The notes under the pieces: model-generated | What the model was told of the DNA's origin: nothing | Database searches by the model: none | The model's input: the letters and a program-made list of their open reading frames with translations, nothing else | Position numbers and translations under genes: made by a program | Source: Podarcis melisellensis | Lineage: Eukaryota | Length of the DNA: 64,000 nt | Reading direction: 5' to 3' (one strand) | Assembly (NCBI GenBank): GCA_964234715.1 | Contig: OZ174282.1 | Part shown: in pieces, positions 25,921-39,407 of the stretch | How positions within the stretch are numbered: position 1 is the first letter of the stretch | Layout of the letters: the number at the start of each line of letters is the position of its first letter

Positions 25921-27293
25921 ATTAGCAGCACTGAGATGCACCCATGTTGTGCTCTGGCTCCCCTTGCCCTGTGGCCTTCTCTGATCATTGCAAGAGGGAC
26001 TTTAATACTGCGGTTTCCATTCCACTGGTTTATAACCCAACAAGCCACCTTCTCCTCTCCCATCCTCTGAGAAACCCACTGCCAAAGTGATTGCACGCCA
26101 CATTGATCAAAACAGAAAAATCCAGTCCTCCTATATCTAAAAACAATGCAAGACCCAAAGACTTCCAGCTTCTAAGAACAGGGGGAGCCCAGCGTGACCT
26201 CCTGCAATCCTCAGGATGAGCATTCCCTGGCCATGTGAACGGGGAAGAGAATGTCAACAGGCTGCTGCTGCTGCTGGGATTCTGAAAGCCATGGATAGTG
26301 GCTGTTTGAGGCTGACACATACTGCTTTGCAAAATGTTAGTAGCTTTCTAAGACTCAGTGGTATTTCAAAAATTGGAATCTCAAGAAATCTGAAAAAACC
26401 TGACTGGGGTGAATTGCAGAGGTAGGTTGTCTTGAAAGCACCTGGCATAGGATCCGGTGCAAGTTATCAGCTTTATTGTTATTTTTAAGTAAAATAAAAG
26501 GTATCCAACTGCTGTGCAGGGGCCAAAATTCAGCTATATCTCAGAAGCCAATAGAGCGGAAAACATTTGCAGGGGGGGGGGACAACATGTGGCCCCCCTG
26601 CAGTTCCCTGGTCCTCTGCACTGTCTACGCTGAGTTGGTGCCTTCCTCTCTACCTGTCTATCATGCGCTCAACTCCTCCCTCTTTCTTAGTCTTTGTAAA
26701 AGCAGGCACATTTGTGGCACCTGTTCAACTCAATGAAAAACATTTGTTTGCAGAGAGAATCTTAACTCTGATTTCCAAAACTTCCAACTAGCTTGACATA
26801 CCCACAGAGCACAGCTACGGATAACACAAGAGGCCCATTTCCACCTGGGCAAGTGAAGCCAACTCTTCCACATTCAGCTGAGGACTGCAGTAAACTACTA
26901 CTTCAAGCGCAGAATGAACACTGTGGCACCAGCTGGTCTTTTCCAAAAAGTGCAGGCTGTACCCTAGAATTCAGCGACAAGCTTAGAATGGCAAAGTAAT
27001 CAAATGACAAAAGGCTCTGGCCTGCTTCTTGCTGCCCCCTCAGATGAGAACCAGGACTATGCCCACAAGAGCCTCACGCAAGATGCACTCAAGTCTCCTG
27101 AACAGCAAAACAGAATGATGCAACCAGAGGTGCTTCTTTCTTTATCCAGCAAAACAGCAAGAGGAAGTACAAGTGATTGTTACAAAGCTTCGCACTGGCA
27201 GCTAGGTAGAACATGTTATGAAGAAGGCCCCTTAGGATCTAAGCAGAGATCGCTGCCACTTCCACTGGATGGTTGGTGTCTTATCTTCTAGAG

Positions 27294-27725
27294 CAGCGGT
27301 TCCCAAATTTCTTGTTTCATTTATTTTTGTTTATTATATTCATATACTGCTCTTCACCCAAAGATCTCAGGGCATTTCACCGGATAAAAATACACTGACC
27401 CCTTGGTTCCATAAACTCATCCCCAGTGCCCCCTTCCCTATGCTATGAAAAGCACTATTCAGAACAGTGGGTTGCATGACCCACTAAGGAGAATAATAAC
27501 ATAATAAAATTCAAACAGGTAACAATTAATTTCATGTTTATTCAAAATCCAATTAAAACTGTTCAATTTAATTAATTCAACAAAGCTGGTGAACTTGATC
27601 CAGTGATACCAGCTTTTCAAAGTCTGATAATCATTTGCACCTCCAGCACTCTCCTGTCACCACGCCTCCTTGCCTCTTAAAGGTTCCCTTAGTAAGCTCA
27701 GTACTGCCCACTTTGGGAACCACTG
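27294..27725. mobile_element. hAT-Charlie-like MITE
   Basis: TIRs cagcggttcccaaa / tttgggaaccactg; degenerate TSD ttctagag/acatagag. Confidence 0.75.
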
Positions 27726-28734
27726 ACATAGAGCATTATTCCTGCATCGGGGTATCACTGTAGAGTGAGTTGTGGCGATTGATTTCATCATTTTGACACA
27801 CCCGAGTCTTCCTCTCTGAGGAAACTCAAGGGAAGGGATGTCAAGGCAAGCCCCAGCAGCACAGCCAGAATAGCGAGAGGGAGGCATTGTGAAGCCAACG
27901 AAAATATTGGCCAATGGCTCCCAATCTTAACAATTTGGACGTGTCGAAGACAACAACAGCAGCGAACAAGAACAGTCATTCATGTTCAGGACATGCCAAC
28001 CAAAAAACAAGGGCAACCTTTACAAAAGGGCGGGTTCTTTGTGCCTCTCGCCACAGAGCAATTAAAAATGAATCGAAGTTCTAGCTACAGCAAAGTAACG
28101 CTCCGATTGCCACCAACCTTGCAAGCCAAATGGTCAACGGCCACAGAGTGGACTGTCGTGTATCCTAATGACTCTTATGTAAGTGGAGTTATGAGAGTTT
28201 GTGTCCTACTCAAAACCAAAATGTGGAAGGAAGGAGGGAGGGGAGGACGGCTTGAAAGGTTTGCTGGCCTGACCTAGAAATGAACCTGGACTCGCTGATC
28301 AGATGCTTCATGGGCTACTGATGCATTTGGGGTATGCATTTGGCGGCCAAACCCCAGAATTTGCCTGAGGGCCTTTAGGAAAGAAGCCTGTCAGGAAGAT
28401 CCTGTGGCTCTTAATATTTTGGAAAAGTTGCCCTTTCACCCACGTCCTTCACTCAGCCCTGCATCTGCCAAACCATTTGAGAGACAGAGGAAAACAGAGG
28501 CACTCCCTCCTTCTCTTCACCCATCTGCCTTTCTTCCCTCCCTCCCAATAGCCAAAATGTGGTTTATAAGCTCCCAGGAGCAATCGCTTCTCTTTTGGGC
28601 ATGACTTGGAAAAGAGCTGCAGACATGGATAAAAATAGACATAAATAATAAAATATAATTTGTTCTCAAGGTGATCCACTCTTGCAGTATGAGAGTGCCA
28701 CAGTTTAGGAATTATATTGACAAGCTTGAACACA

Positions 28735-29157
28735 CGCAGAGGAGGGCGACCAAGATTATCAAGGGTCTGGGAAACCAAGCCTTATGAGGAACAGTTGAGG
28801 GAGCTGAGTATATTTAGCCTGGAGAAGAGAATACTGAGAGGTGACACGATAGCCATCTTCTAATATCTGAAGGGCTGCCACAAGATGGAAGATGGAGCAA
28901 GATGGTTTTCTGCTGCTCCAGAGGGAGAGGACATGAGCCAATGGATTCAAATTACAAGAAAGGAGATTCCAACTAAACATTGGGAAGAACTTTCTGACAG
29001 TGAAGAGCTGTTCGACAGTAGAATGGACTCTCCTTCATTGGAGGTTTTTAAACATGTGGCTGGGTGGCCATCTGTCAGGGATTCTTTAGCTCTGATTCCT
29101 GCATTGCAGGGGATTGGACTGGATGGGATCCCTTCCAATTCTACTATTCTGATTCTG
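28735..29157 (+). mobile_element. CR1 3' end
   Basis: QRRATKII..G..KPYEEQLRELSIFSLEKRILRGD-like translation; ends in ATTCT repeats (ttctactattctgattct). Confidence 0.85.
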
Positions 29158-29814
29158 TGCGTGGGTTTGTAGACACACTGCTCCCCCTTTGGCATCATCT
29201 GGCTTCCCACAAGCCCATGGCCAGAGTGAGGCCTGCCGGCACAGCTGCCCTTGCATCTTCTGACCCACAATTGGAGAGATTTAAGAAGTGTTCTCTCTGC
29301 TTGACACACACAGAGGCACATCCTAATGATGCCAAAGTCTGTAGGCTCTCGGTCTGAACAGAATCCTTTCGTTTCTCATTCAGGAATGCATCCTCAAAAT
29401 CTAGGGTAGCCAAAAGCAGGCCTGGCTCTGTGACACACAGGAAACCCAAGGCTTGAAACCTGTGGCTGCTGCCTCCCCTCACATGGGCTGCTGCATGCAG
29501 TTCACTTGGACTAAAAGGCATTCATGAACAACAGTTGGCCTCTCATGAGCTGCTCCTTTCCATAAAGCAAATGAGCTGGCGGCAGCCGAGTGCGCGCGGG
29601 AGGGGGGGAGACACTCTGATGAAAGAGGGCGACTGGCCAGCCTAGTTTTGCCCCAGCTGAGCAGAGCATTGTCCCAGGCAAGCCTGCAGCCCACCACAGA
29701 AGTAGAGCTCACAGCTGCTTGGCCTCCATTGTATCTCCGTTTATCAAAGAGCCAGAGGCTCTGCTCTCCCCTCCCCTGACTTTGGTGAGGAAAAGCTGAA
29801 CAAACATGGAGAAA

Positions 29815-30250
29815 GTGGAGAGAGAAAAGTTTCTCTCCTGCTCTTCTAGACACTAGAACTCATGGACGTCCAATTTAGCTGAACGTTGAAAGACTCAGGA
29901 CAGACAAAATAAAGTGCTTCTTCATGCACCGCATAATTAAACTATGGAACTCGTTCCCACAGGAGGAAGTGGTGGCCACCAACTTCAATGGCTTTAAAAG
30001 AGAATTAGACAAATTCTTGGAGGAGAGGGCTATCAATGGCTAGTAGCCATGATGGCTCTGCTCTGCCTCTGCAATTGCGAGGAAGCAATGCTTCTGAATA
30101 CCAGCTGCTGGGCTCTGCAGAAGGGGAGCTTGATCTTGAGGTCGGATCCTTCTTGCAGGTTTCCCACAGGCAGCTAGATGACCACTGTGAGATCAGGATG
30201 CTGGATTAGATGGGCCATTGGCTTGATCCAGTGGGCTATTTTTATGTTCA
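29815..30250 (+). mobile_element. CR1 3' end
   Basis: ggagagagaaaagtttctctc..gacagacaaaataaagtgcttcttc..atgctggattagatgggccattggcttgatccag. Confidence 0.75.
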
Positions 30251-30267
30251 CATGTTAAGTTCAAAGG

Positions 30268-30497
30268 AATAATAATAATATAATGATTTATTATTTATAT
30301 GCCGCCCCTCTGACTGGGTTGCCTCAGCCACTCTGGGCAGTTTCCAACAAATTAAAACATCCAACACAGTAAAACAGCAAACATTAAAAGCTTCCCTATA
30401 CAGGGCTGCCTTCAGATGTCTTCTAAAAGTCAGGTAGTTGCTTATTTCCTTGACATCTGACGGGAGGGTGTTCCACAGGGCAGGTGCCACTACCGAC
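30268..30497 (-). mobile_element. L2 LINE 3' end with (ATT)n tail
   Basis: ORF APALWNTLPSDVKEISNYLTFRRHLKAALYREAF is an L2 ORF2 terminus; 3'UTR and microsatellite tail follow. Confidence 0.85.
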
Positions 30498-30707
30498 AGC
30501 CCATAGACAGCCTGTCTCCTGACCTCACACCAACAGAAGGGTCATGAGGGAGCTGAGAGGAAGGTACCACTGGTTATAGGAAGAGAACTAAGACCCACCC
30601 AGCCCAGCACTTGAGGCAGGCACCAAACCTGTACACAGGAACACAGAGATAGCAGAAAGGCATTTGGAAACACAGAGGTGGCAACTCAAGGCAGGATGTG
30701 GCCTCAC

Positions 30708-30840
30708 CTGATGATGAAAGCTCCCCGCAACTCCAGGAGCTTCCGCTCACTGCTGAATCTCTTGAGCAAGTTTATCATGAACTTATAGAAGTAGGAGTTC
30801 ATGGTGGGCGTCGAGGGAGAGCACTCCATGCCTTTGGTAC
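30708..30840 (-). CDS. VAC14: VAC14 exon 14 (133 nt) [43 protein letters not shown](R)
   Basis: Long pyrimidine tract then ccag|GT ACC...ATC AG|gtgagg. Confidence 0.97.
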
Positions 30841-30989
30841 CTGGAAGAAGGAGGAGAGAGGAAGTTAACTCTGTTTAAGGAAGAAGCACCTGTAGAAGTA
30901 CAGGTGGGTTTCTAAGCTCTACTTGTCACCCGTGATCACAGCAGGCAATCCTAGCTCTGATTTGAAGTGGCAGCTTTACTCTCTCCAGC

Positions 30990-31165
30990 TACATGAAGTT
31001 GCCTTATACCAAGCAGCTCCTGTTGTCCACAATGACTGGCGGCAGTTCTCCAGACTTTCAAGCATGGATCTCCCAACCCTACATGGAGATGCCATGGGGG
31101 ATTGAACCTGGGACCTCCTGCATGCAAGGTAGATGCTCTGCCACTGAGCTACTGTGGACCTTCCC
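30990..31165 (-). mobile_element. Squamate tRNA-derived SINE (Squam3-like)
   Basis: Minus strand gtagctcagtggcagagcatctaccttgcatgcaggaggtcccaggttcaatccccc. Confidence 0.75.
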
Positions 31166-31916
31166 CTGCAATACATAGTGAAGGCACACTACCATTTGTT
31201 TTAGCCTGCCCTTTGTTTTACAGTCATAAAAGAGATCAGGAACTCTGGTCCTCCTCTGAGTCACAGGGAGAGAAAAGGTGTGGAGATGCCTCTGAAAAGA
31301 AAAGGCATAAAAATGCATTTCCTATATGTAGACATTGGCACAAACCTGGCACAGCAATAGAAAACCAAAGCTGGAAGCTGACAGATAAAGGTGAAAACTT
31401 GATTATTAGGCAGTCATTCCAAAGAGCAGTTAAAGTAACCCGGCTAAGAACAGATATAGAGCAGGCTAGGTTATGGAAAAATGGAAATTGAAACATCCTA
31501 TGGAAATGAAGCATCTCAGGAGAGATGCTCTATGAACCCACAAGACTACCTTGCACAACAGGACTCTCAATATGTCCAAGAAACAGCCTTTGCCAACTTG
31601 ATGCCCTCCAGATGTTTCAGACTACAACTTCCATCAGCCCCAGCCAGCATAGATAAACTGTGATTCAAGTCGGTCACCAGGCCATGGAGAACAAAGGCGA
31701 AAGACAACCCCAAAGCCAAACTTCTTTTGAAGGGGAAAGGTGTGTCCTCTTGCTAGAAAGGGTGGTGGTCATGGTAGGCACTGGCAATAAAGATCAACCT
31801 TAATACTTGTTTAAACCTTCAATCAAACAACATAATGTTAAAAAGGTGCAGGATGAGCAGGCAAATATCATTCTCAAAGCCTCTCCTCAAACTTAGGGAA
31901 TAACTCTTTGGATGTA

Positions 31917-32058
31917 NNNNNNNNNNNNNNNNNNNNNNNNNNNNNNNNNNNNNNNNNNNNNNNNNNNNNNNNNNNNNNNNNNNNNNNNNNNNNNNNNNNN
32001 NNNNNNNNNNNNNNNNNNNNNNNNNNNNNNNNNNNNNNNNNNNNNNNNNNNNNNNNNN
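31917..32058. other. Assembly gap (142 N)
   Basis: Run of N. Confidence 1.
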
Positions 32059-35000
32059 CCTTTGTTTTTGTAAGGTTTTGGAGAGTCTGGAGGCACTTAA
32101 GTGCCCAAGCCACTTGTTTCTTGACTCTTGCAAAGGCTTACTATCCTGTCGAAATATATGGAGAACAACAGAAAGACAAGGGGTGGGTGGGAACTGATAC
32201 TCAAGGCTGAACAGGGCCTTCTTCAAAGGAAGTTATCTGCAAGGGTCAGACCTGATATAATCGGGCAGAATGTCCAGGTCACAGGAAAAGCTTCAAGGAT
32301 TGCACCCTAACATAGGTCTCTTTTTCCCCTTATACAAATCAGATGCTGATCGTGCCTTTTCAAGAGGAAAAAAAGTTGCAGGTCAGACAGTTCCAGGGAT
32401 CGGCTGTTGATTTCCTCTTGAAAAGGGAAGTCAATGCAGTCTTCAGTCAGCACTCCTGGGCTCCACATTCATGAACGACAAGGAAAGAAGATGTGCACCA
32501 CTGCAGAACGGACCAGAAAAGCCACTCTGACTGCCTCTCTCCCTGCCCGCCAGGCAGCTTGTAAAATCACAGACGTCTCATTTGGGGTCAGGAGTTGGCA
32601 AATATTGCTGCACAATGCACAACACAAGCAGGAAACAGGCTGCAGCTTCACTATTTCAATCTGCTGCTGGTTCAGCAGCAAAATTTGTTAAATTTGGATA
32701 CACTATACAAGCGGTGGTCAGTGTGAGGCATGCAGAGAGGAGACCCACTTCCTGCTATGAAGGTACATCCATAGCAAGACCTCAGCTTTGTATTCCTGCG
32801 CCCACCATCTCGCAGCTCCTAATCTCTGCCCAGCCAGTTTTCAATTAATCTGCACGGTTACAACATAGAAACAGTCAGGCAGCAGAGAGGCTTCCAAGAG
32901 TCCCACCCACGCCTCCCAGATCCCTTTAACTTCCCCTGTTCCAGCTTCTGCCACCGATGGGTGGCTCGCCCACGATGGCATAGCAAGTAGATACAATTAA
33001 ACCCGCCTTACTATTTATAGGAGCAGAAATACTAGAAAGGCAGGAGGAGGTGTTAGGAAAACACAGTTGAACCGATTCATTCATGCTGATACTCACAAAT
33101 CAGAGGCTTCACAGATACGCAACACACCAGACTGGCTGTTAGAACACATACAGAGAAGCCTAAGCCCACAAGTGTTGTGTTAGGACACCTCAGCTGCCCA
33201 CAGTGAGCATAAGGGTGAGTTGCAACTGACTAGGGTTGTCTCAGGGGAATTGCTCAGGGAGAAGCTGCAGAGGTTTCCTAGAAAGCAACTATGATGGTGT
33301 TAACTCTCACTGCCAAGCTGAGCATCACATGCCTTCGCCAGTCATCATCATGTTCCCATGGCCTGCCACAGCAGACTGCACTCTAGCAGGAAGCTCAGAA
33401 AGAAGACAGCTTGAATTTCTCCTCAACTCCACCACCTGGTCAGCCATACAGCTTGAGCAAGCGGGAAAATGCTACATGTGCCTAAATTCAACTTCTCTAT
33501 CACACACATCCTCACCTGGTATTAAACAAGTGCCTGAGCTCCCCCTTCCCCTTAAGGTTTCTCTTCTCTCCCTCTACTTCCTCAGAGGTGAAGTTAATGG
33601 CAAGTTTTGCCCAGCAGTCTGCAGGCTTAGCCTGTGTTCATTACTTCTGCAGAAACTGTCCTGAAGCAAGTTTTACCTCTCTGGCATCTGCAAACGCTGG
33701 GTGTTCAGGAGGATTCTGCAAAGATTCCCTAAAAGGATAAGCAGTTCAAGGAAACTGTGTGATACGCATGGGCCTACTCAGGTAGCTCACCATCAGTCAG
33801 AAACACCAGTAGTTTTGGACTAGGACTGGTGGGAGCAGTATTCCAAAACAAGCTGGTTGGGGAAGTCTCCTGCAGGCAATTTTCTTTCTTTAGACCAGCT
33901 CTACACCGTTTAACTATATGATATGCTTTTGCCCACAAAAATTCCCTACAAGCCCAGCTTTATTCCTTGCGTAAAGGCAACAGGAGGACTAGACATTCTT
34001 AACTTGCTCTCCTCTCCCGCTGTTCCATACAGATGGTCAACACCACAGAAGACTGCAATTTGGCACTGCCCTGCAGAGTCATCCCTCTTGTGGCAGGACA
34101 ATTGTCTCTCAGCACTGCATTATGGTAGCTTTTTGTAAAACAGAAACAGCCCTAGCTCAACACTGTGCCCTCCACTGTCAACAGAGAAAGGTTCTGAGGA
34201 GGCCAAAAGTTCTAAATGCTAATGAGGGGCCCAGGAGATTCAGCAAGACTCCCTCCCGCTACCTTTTTTCCTCTTCCGTCACCACAACAGGAGTCTGCCA
34301 GCCCAACCATGGCAGCTTCAGTCCCCAAACTAGGTGTCATAACTGTCTGTAAAGGCCAACAGAGCATTTTGGATGTACATCAGCCCCAAATTTGCTTGCT
34401 TGCTCTTTGCTATTCAAGCTCTTTTCCAAGTTCCCCCCTGAAACGTTTCAGACTATTCCCCACCCCCCAACAGAAAACTGCTCTGAGAGCCTCTACAAAC
34501 CCCTTCCTCTAGTCTAAAGCATTTTGCTCAGTATCTCTTGCTTGTGACTCTGGGGCAGAGCAAGATGGAAGAAATTCTGTGTCATTCACAGAGCAACTAT
34601 TTTTCTGTCTCTTGGCTCTTCTGCAGGAATGGAGGGGGGTTGGAGGGGGGCCACTGGAAAGTTCCTGGAGTGCCTTGAGACCAATGATCTTCCAGCCCTC
34701 ATCCCCCTCCCCCAGCTGTCCGCCAGGCAGATGAGGCTATGAAAGGGCTTCAGAGAGCTGCAGCTCCACCAATCCTATGCTTCTAAAAGTAGGAACCACT
34801 CAGGAGGCAGAAGCTGCCTTTTGACCACCAAGCTCCTATGAGCGGGTGCAAGAGCAGATCCCCACCCCCCCTTCTCCATCCCCAAACATGTACTAGTATT
34901 GTTGCTGCTGCCGTCGCTGCCACCAGGGAAGGCAGGCAGATTATCTTAAGTGAAACCTGATGTGCAGGAGAGACTTTCCAGCCGGTTAATACTACTACAG

Positions 35001-38000
35001 GATGTTTTGTATTTCAACTTGGTAAATATGATGTAAAGGAACATCACATGGGAAGATAAAAATAGAGCAGCTCAAAGAACAAAAACAGAACCGCCCCAAG
35101 ACATTTGCCTCTCAATTCATCACTGAAACAGATGTTGTTAAGATGTAGGCTCCCCCTTCGCAAGGCTCATGGAGACACAAGCCAGTCTTCATTCCTTCCC
35201 TCCCCAACTACAGGGCACCTGGGTGTGTGCCTGTCCCTCCTCCCTGTCGCCACACACCCTTGACTGCCCTGCCCATTTCCAGAGGCACATGGCGGGAGAA
35301 AGACCCCTCTCCGGAGTAAGCTCTTGTTTGACTGAAACAAGGCAGAAGGGGAAAGCGTGGAGGTCACGGGGAGGGCGGTCGTGGTGGTGGAGAAGCACAA
35401 AGGGGAGGCATTCCTGCAATCCAGAAAGCCAATTTGGACCCAAAGGCTGGCTGCCCTGCCTAAGGCAGTCAGTTCTGCATATTGGGCACAAGACCTGGGA
35501 TCTTCACAGGGATCCTTCGTACCTCTGCAGGGTTTTATAGCAAGAGAGGTGCACAGTGAAAAAGTGGGTGGGTGGAATGTACACACATTTAGAAACATCT
35601 CAGGTTTATTGTGTGAATCCACTGACAAGAGCTGCTCTCCCAGGCCAGAACACAAGGCAAAACAGTCGCCTACAAAATGTCAACACCTGATGGGGCAAAC
35701 CAGCTTTTCCCCAGCCTGCTGCCCTCCAGATGTTTTTGGACTATAGCGCCCATCAGCCCCAGGCCAGGGAAGGGTTAATGCACACATTTCTCCGCATGGG
35801 AAAAATTGCTGATTAAGAGGGTTTGAAGGTCAACCCATGTGGTACGCGAGACTTCACCACAACCGGACGCTAGGAACTTCCCTCCAGAAATGAAATCTGA
35901 ATGCCAGGCTGGAAATGGGTGGTGCCCAAGCAAGACTCCAGGAAGGCCATGTCTGGCTCTAAGCCCCGCCTCCTCCTGTCCTCTTGCTCTGTGGGTCCCT
36001 GACTCAGGCCCTGCTCTGAGTGCCTAATCCCCAAAGCCTATTTCGCAAGCCAGCTCAGATTAGCACAAGTGGCTGGCTTTGTGACATCTGCTGCCTCCCT
36101 GACCTCTCTTCCCAGAGAACACCGCTGACTTCTTTCATGGGCTGGGATACACTGGGAGGAGAATAATTCAAGGCATTTGACACTGTAAAGATCAAAATCC
36201 TTTGCTTCACCTGCCCCCCGCAAGCCCATCACAAGGGGAGGGAAAAGCAACTTGCTTCTCGATCAAGCACTCTGAGGTGAAGAATCACTGGTTGGGGGGT
36301 GGGGGGGCGTTAATTCCAGCCCACTACTAGGATCTCAGAGGTCCAGCCCACTTTAACATGTTCCATGAAGTGCTAGCCAAGCAATTCGAAGGCAGAGGGG
36401 GCAACCCACCTCGGTGGGTGGTTTTGTGTCTGACAGAGCTACAGATTCAGAGCCAGCATTTTGGCAAGGGGATTAGCTAGCACACCAGAGCAAGTCATTT
36501 ACTCACAGCAGAGCTTTCTGCTTCCCCTCTGGCTGGGCCCTCACATGACAAGGCAGCTGATCTGCTGGTTCTGAGAGCCTGCCCAAGTATTTCAAGATCA
36601 CAAGCCAGGCCTTCTCCTCATTAAAACAGAAGTCACGAGTCCGGAGAAGCTAATAGTTATTATCCTGGCTCCCTGCCCCCTTTAAAATTGTTGTTTCTGT
36701 CTGGGGCAGTGGGGCACAATCCACTTACTCTTACAAATTTATCCCTCACTTGAGGTTTAGATGTTCAGCCTGTTTCTGACAAGGTTGGACTCCCCCAGAA
36801 GAACCCACTGGGCGGTGGAAAGGTGGGGTACAAGGAAATATTTGAGGATCCACATGTTCATATTGGGCTACGAACAGGATACTTCCAGACCAAGAAAGCA
36901 CTTATCATCTTTGCGAAGCCCTGTGAAAGCGAGGGCATGTGCCAATGAAGTCACAGAAATATTACCAAATAAAAGAAAGGGCAGCTTGAAAAAAGTTTGA
37001 AGACTTTCCTCAAGCATGAAGACAACTCAGCACACCTCGCTGCAGCTTCCTCATAGGGGAAATAAGGGAGAAGCAAAGCAGGGAGCAGATCTGCTCAGCA
37101 AGCAGAGCAAATACACCCCACCAGGAAAAGCAAACAGCAGCATTTGCATAAACAGATTCTGAGGAAAGTGTGAGGATGAAATGGCACTGGCCCTCTCTTC
37201 CACCCTGGGGAGCCAATCTGGTGGTTTGCCATTTGAGCAGGCAAACATATAATGGAAACCAGCAGGGAGGGCAAGATGGGGGCTTGCAAAGGTGCCATTT
37301 AGCACAGCATGCCTAGGAGTCTACTTGGAAGAACAGTCCAGCTTCTGATCCTCCTATCTTTGCCATCCTCCCCCAGCTCTGTCTTTGCCCAGAAAGAGTC
37401 CGGGCAGCTTGCCACATCATCTTCTTGGCCCTGAAGCCCACTGTGCAACTGGAGAAACGCCTTGTTGAATGTACAGAATTTGCTGGCGGCTTCAGGCTGG
37501 AATAATCCTCCCCCCAAAGGAAAAAAAACTCTGGCACAAGCATGTTTGTCAAAAGCTGCTGGATTTTCCCCCACATCACCAAATTCTTCTCTTCTCTCAG
37601 AAGAAAGAACTTAAGAAGTGCCGCGCAGGATCAGTCCCGCAAACCTGGCCATCTGCCTTAACGGTTATGATGGAGCTGCACCTACTTGTTTCTGGCCATG
37701 AGATGCTGGGGGGTTCGCATCTCATAAAATTCGGCAAACCTCTTTGTGCTCCTAGTCTCTAGCCAGTAGACACTTGGCAATCAGCTGCAGATATTATGGT
37801 CCTGGGCACAAAAACCAGAGCCATGTCCTTAAAAGGGCTGCACAGATATGGATGTTTTAAGTAGTAAGAAAGCTGGGAGACACAGCTTCTTGGACATCTT
37901 CTTTCCAAATTATTATGTGACATAAAAGGCTTGGACTGGAATGGAGTTAAAGGGGCCACGGCAGCCTTTAGGATGGATGCCACAACTGCAAGGCTATTTT

Positions 38001-39407
38001 TAGATAATCTACAGGGGAGGGAAGAGAAAGCCATCCACTTGATCTAAAGCACAGCTCTGCAGCCGCCTAGCCAGCTCCTCCCCCCACCCGTCTCCCGCAC
38101 AGACAGAGGATCAATAGCACACTCGAGGCCCTGCGCATTTGCTCCCAGCTGTGCTCAGCGCAAGCCAACAGTGGGACAAGCAGCATGAGCTCATCGTGCT
38201 TCCTAGCCAGGGCATTACAGGCTGGACCAAAAGCTTCCAAGAAGCGGGCCTCCGAGATGGCAGCACCAGGGCACTGTGCAAAGGTAGAATCAGCCACAAC
38301 TTCAGGTAACCCGGAACCTTCTCATGAAGAAGTAGGGAGCGTCTGGTCAGATGGTGAACAACCAGGCAGGCTATGGTTGGCGTTTACCCTATTATCCCTT
38401 TCTACCGCCTCTCATGATCTGTCCCTTTGCCCTTCCTGCTCATCATCCATGCACCAGATGAGAAATCAGTGCAGGGTGGTGGGCTGAGCATTAGACAGGG
38501 AAGAGAGACCAGGATAAGCCCCTGCTCAGGGATGAAGCTTGCTGTGTGACTCACTTCTCTTACACAGTTGCTTTGGGAGAAATGCACATGTGAGTGAGCT
38601 CCCAGGGGGACAGGAGAAATACATAGGCTATATCCACTCCATACATTTAAAGCCCACTATTCCCCCCACCCGAAACCTGGAAATTGTAATTTACCCCTCA
38701 CAAAGCTACAGTTCCCAGCACCCTTAACAAACTGGTCCCTGGCACTCTTAGGGGGAAGCAATGTGCTTTAAATATATGGCATGTACATAGGCACAACGTG
38801 ATAAGCCTAACAAAACCTTCCTTTCCCTCATGCCCTAACCTTGCCAAACACATTTTAAGCATTCTGGAACTTGAGTCAATCAAGGCAAGTAAAGGGCTGT
38901 CTGCATAGATGCTTCCTGCATGCAAAATTCACATTTCCATGGTGCTGATGAAATCTGTAATCTTCCCTGTGATTTTTTAATCTTCCCTTCTCAGTGGGGC
39001 CTTGATTAGTAGGTGAGAGAGTCTCTTCGACAGCAGGCAAGGGTTGGTTCAGTGGCCCCTCTGCCCAACAGAGGCTAAGAGGATTAGGGATGACTTGGGA
39101 GGGCATGCAATTCTCCCATAGATGTCATAAACCCAGTCCTGAGGGCCTTGGCCATCTCCAGGATGTTGCACTCTGAGCATCCTTCAGCAACCTGCCATAC
39201 CTGTGCGATCTGGGTGGGTGATGAACTTTTATGGATTCTTACCTGCTCTGAACCTAAAGGAAGCACCCTGTGGATGCGTCTACTAGAGATCTGGACTGGA
39301 CTGCTACCTGGGATCCTTTGGCAGACTGGAAGATTTGAAGTCACAAAAGAATGAGGTTGCTTGGACTTCCACTCTTTGTCTTTTGAACGGACAAGGCTCA
39401 ACAAGTT

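Noticed and set aside
31819-32226. ORFs spanning the N run
   Set aside because: Artefacts of the assembly gap.
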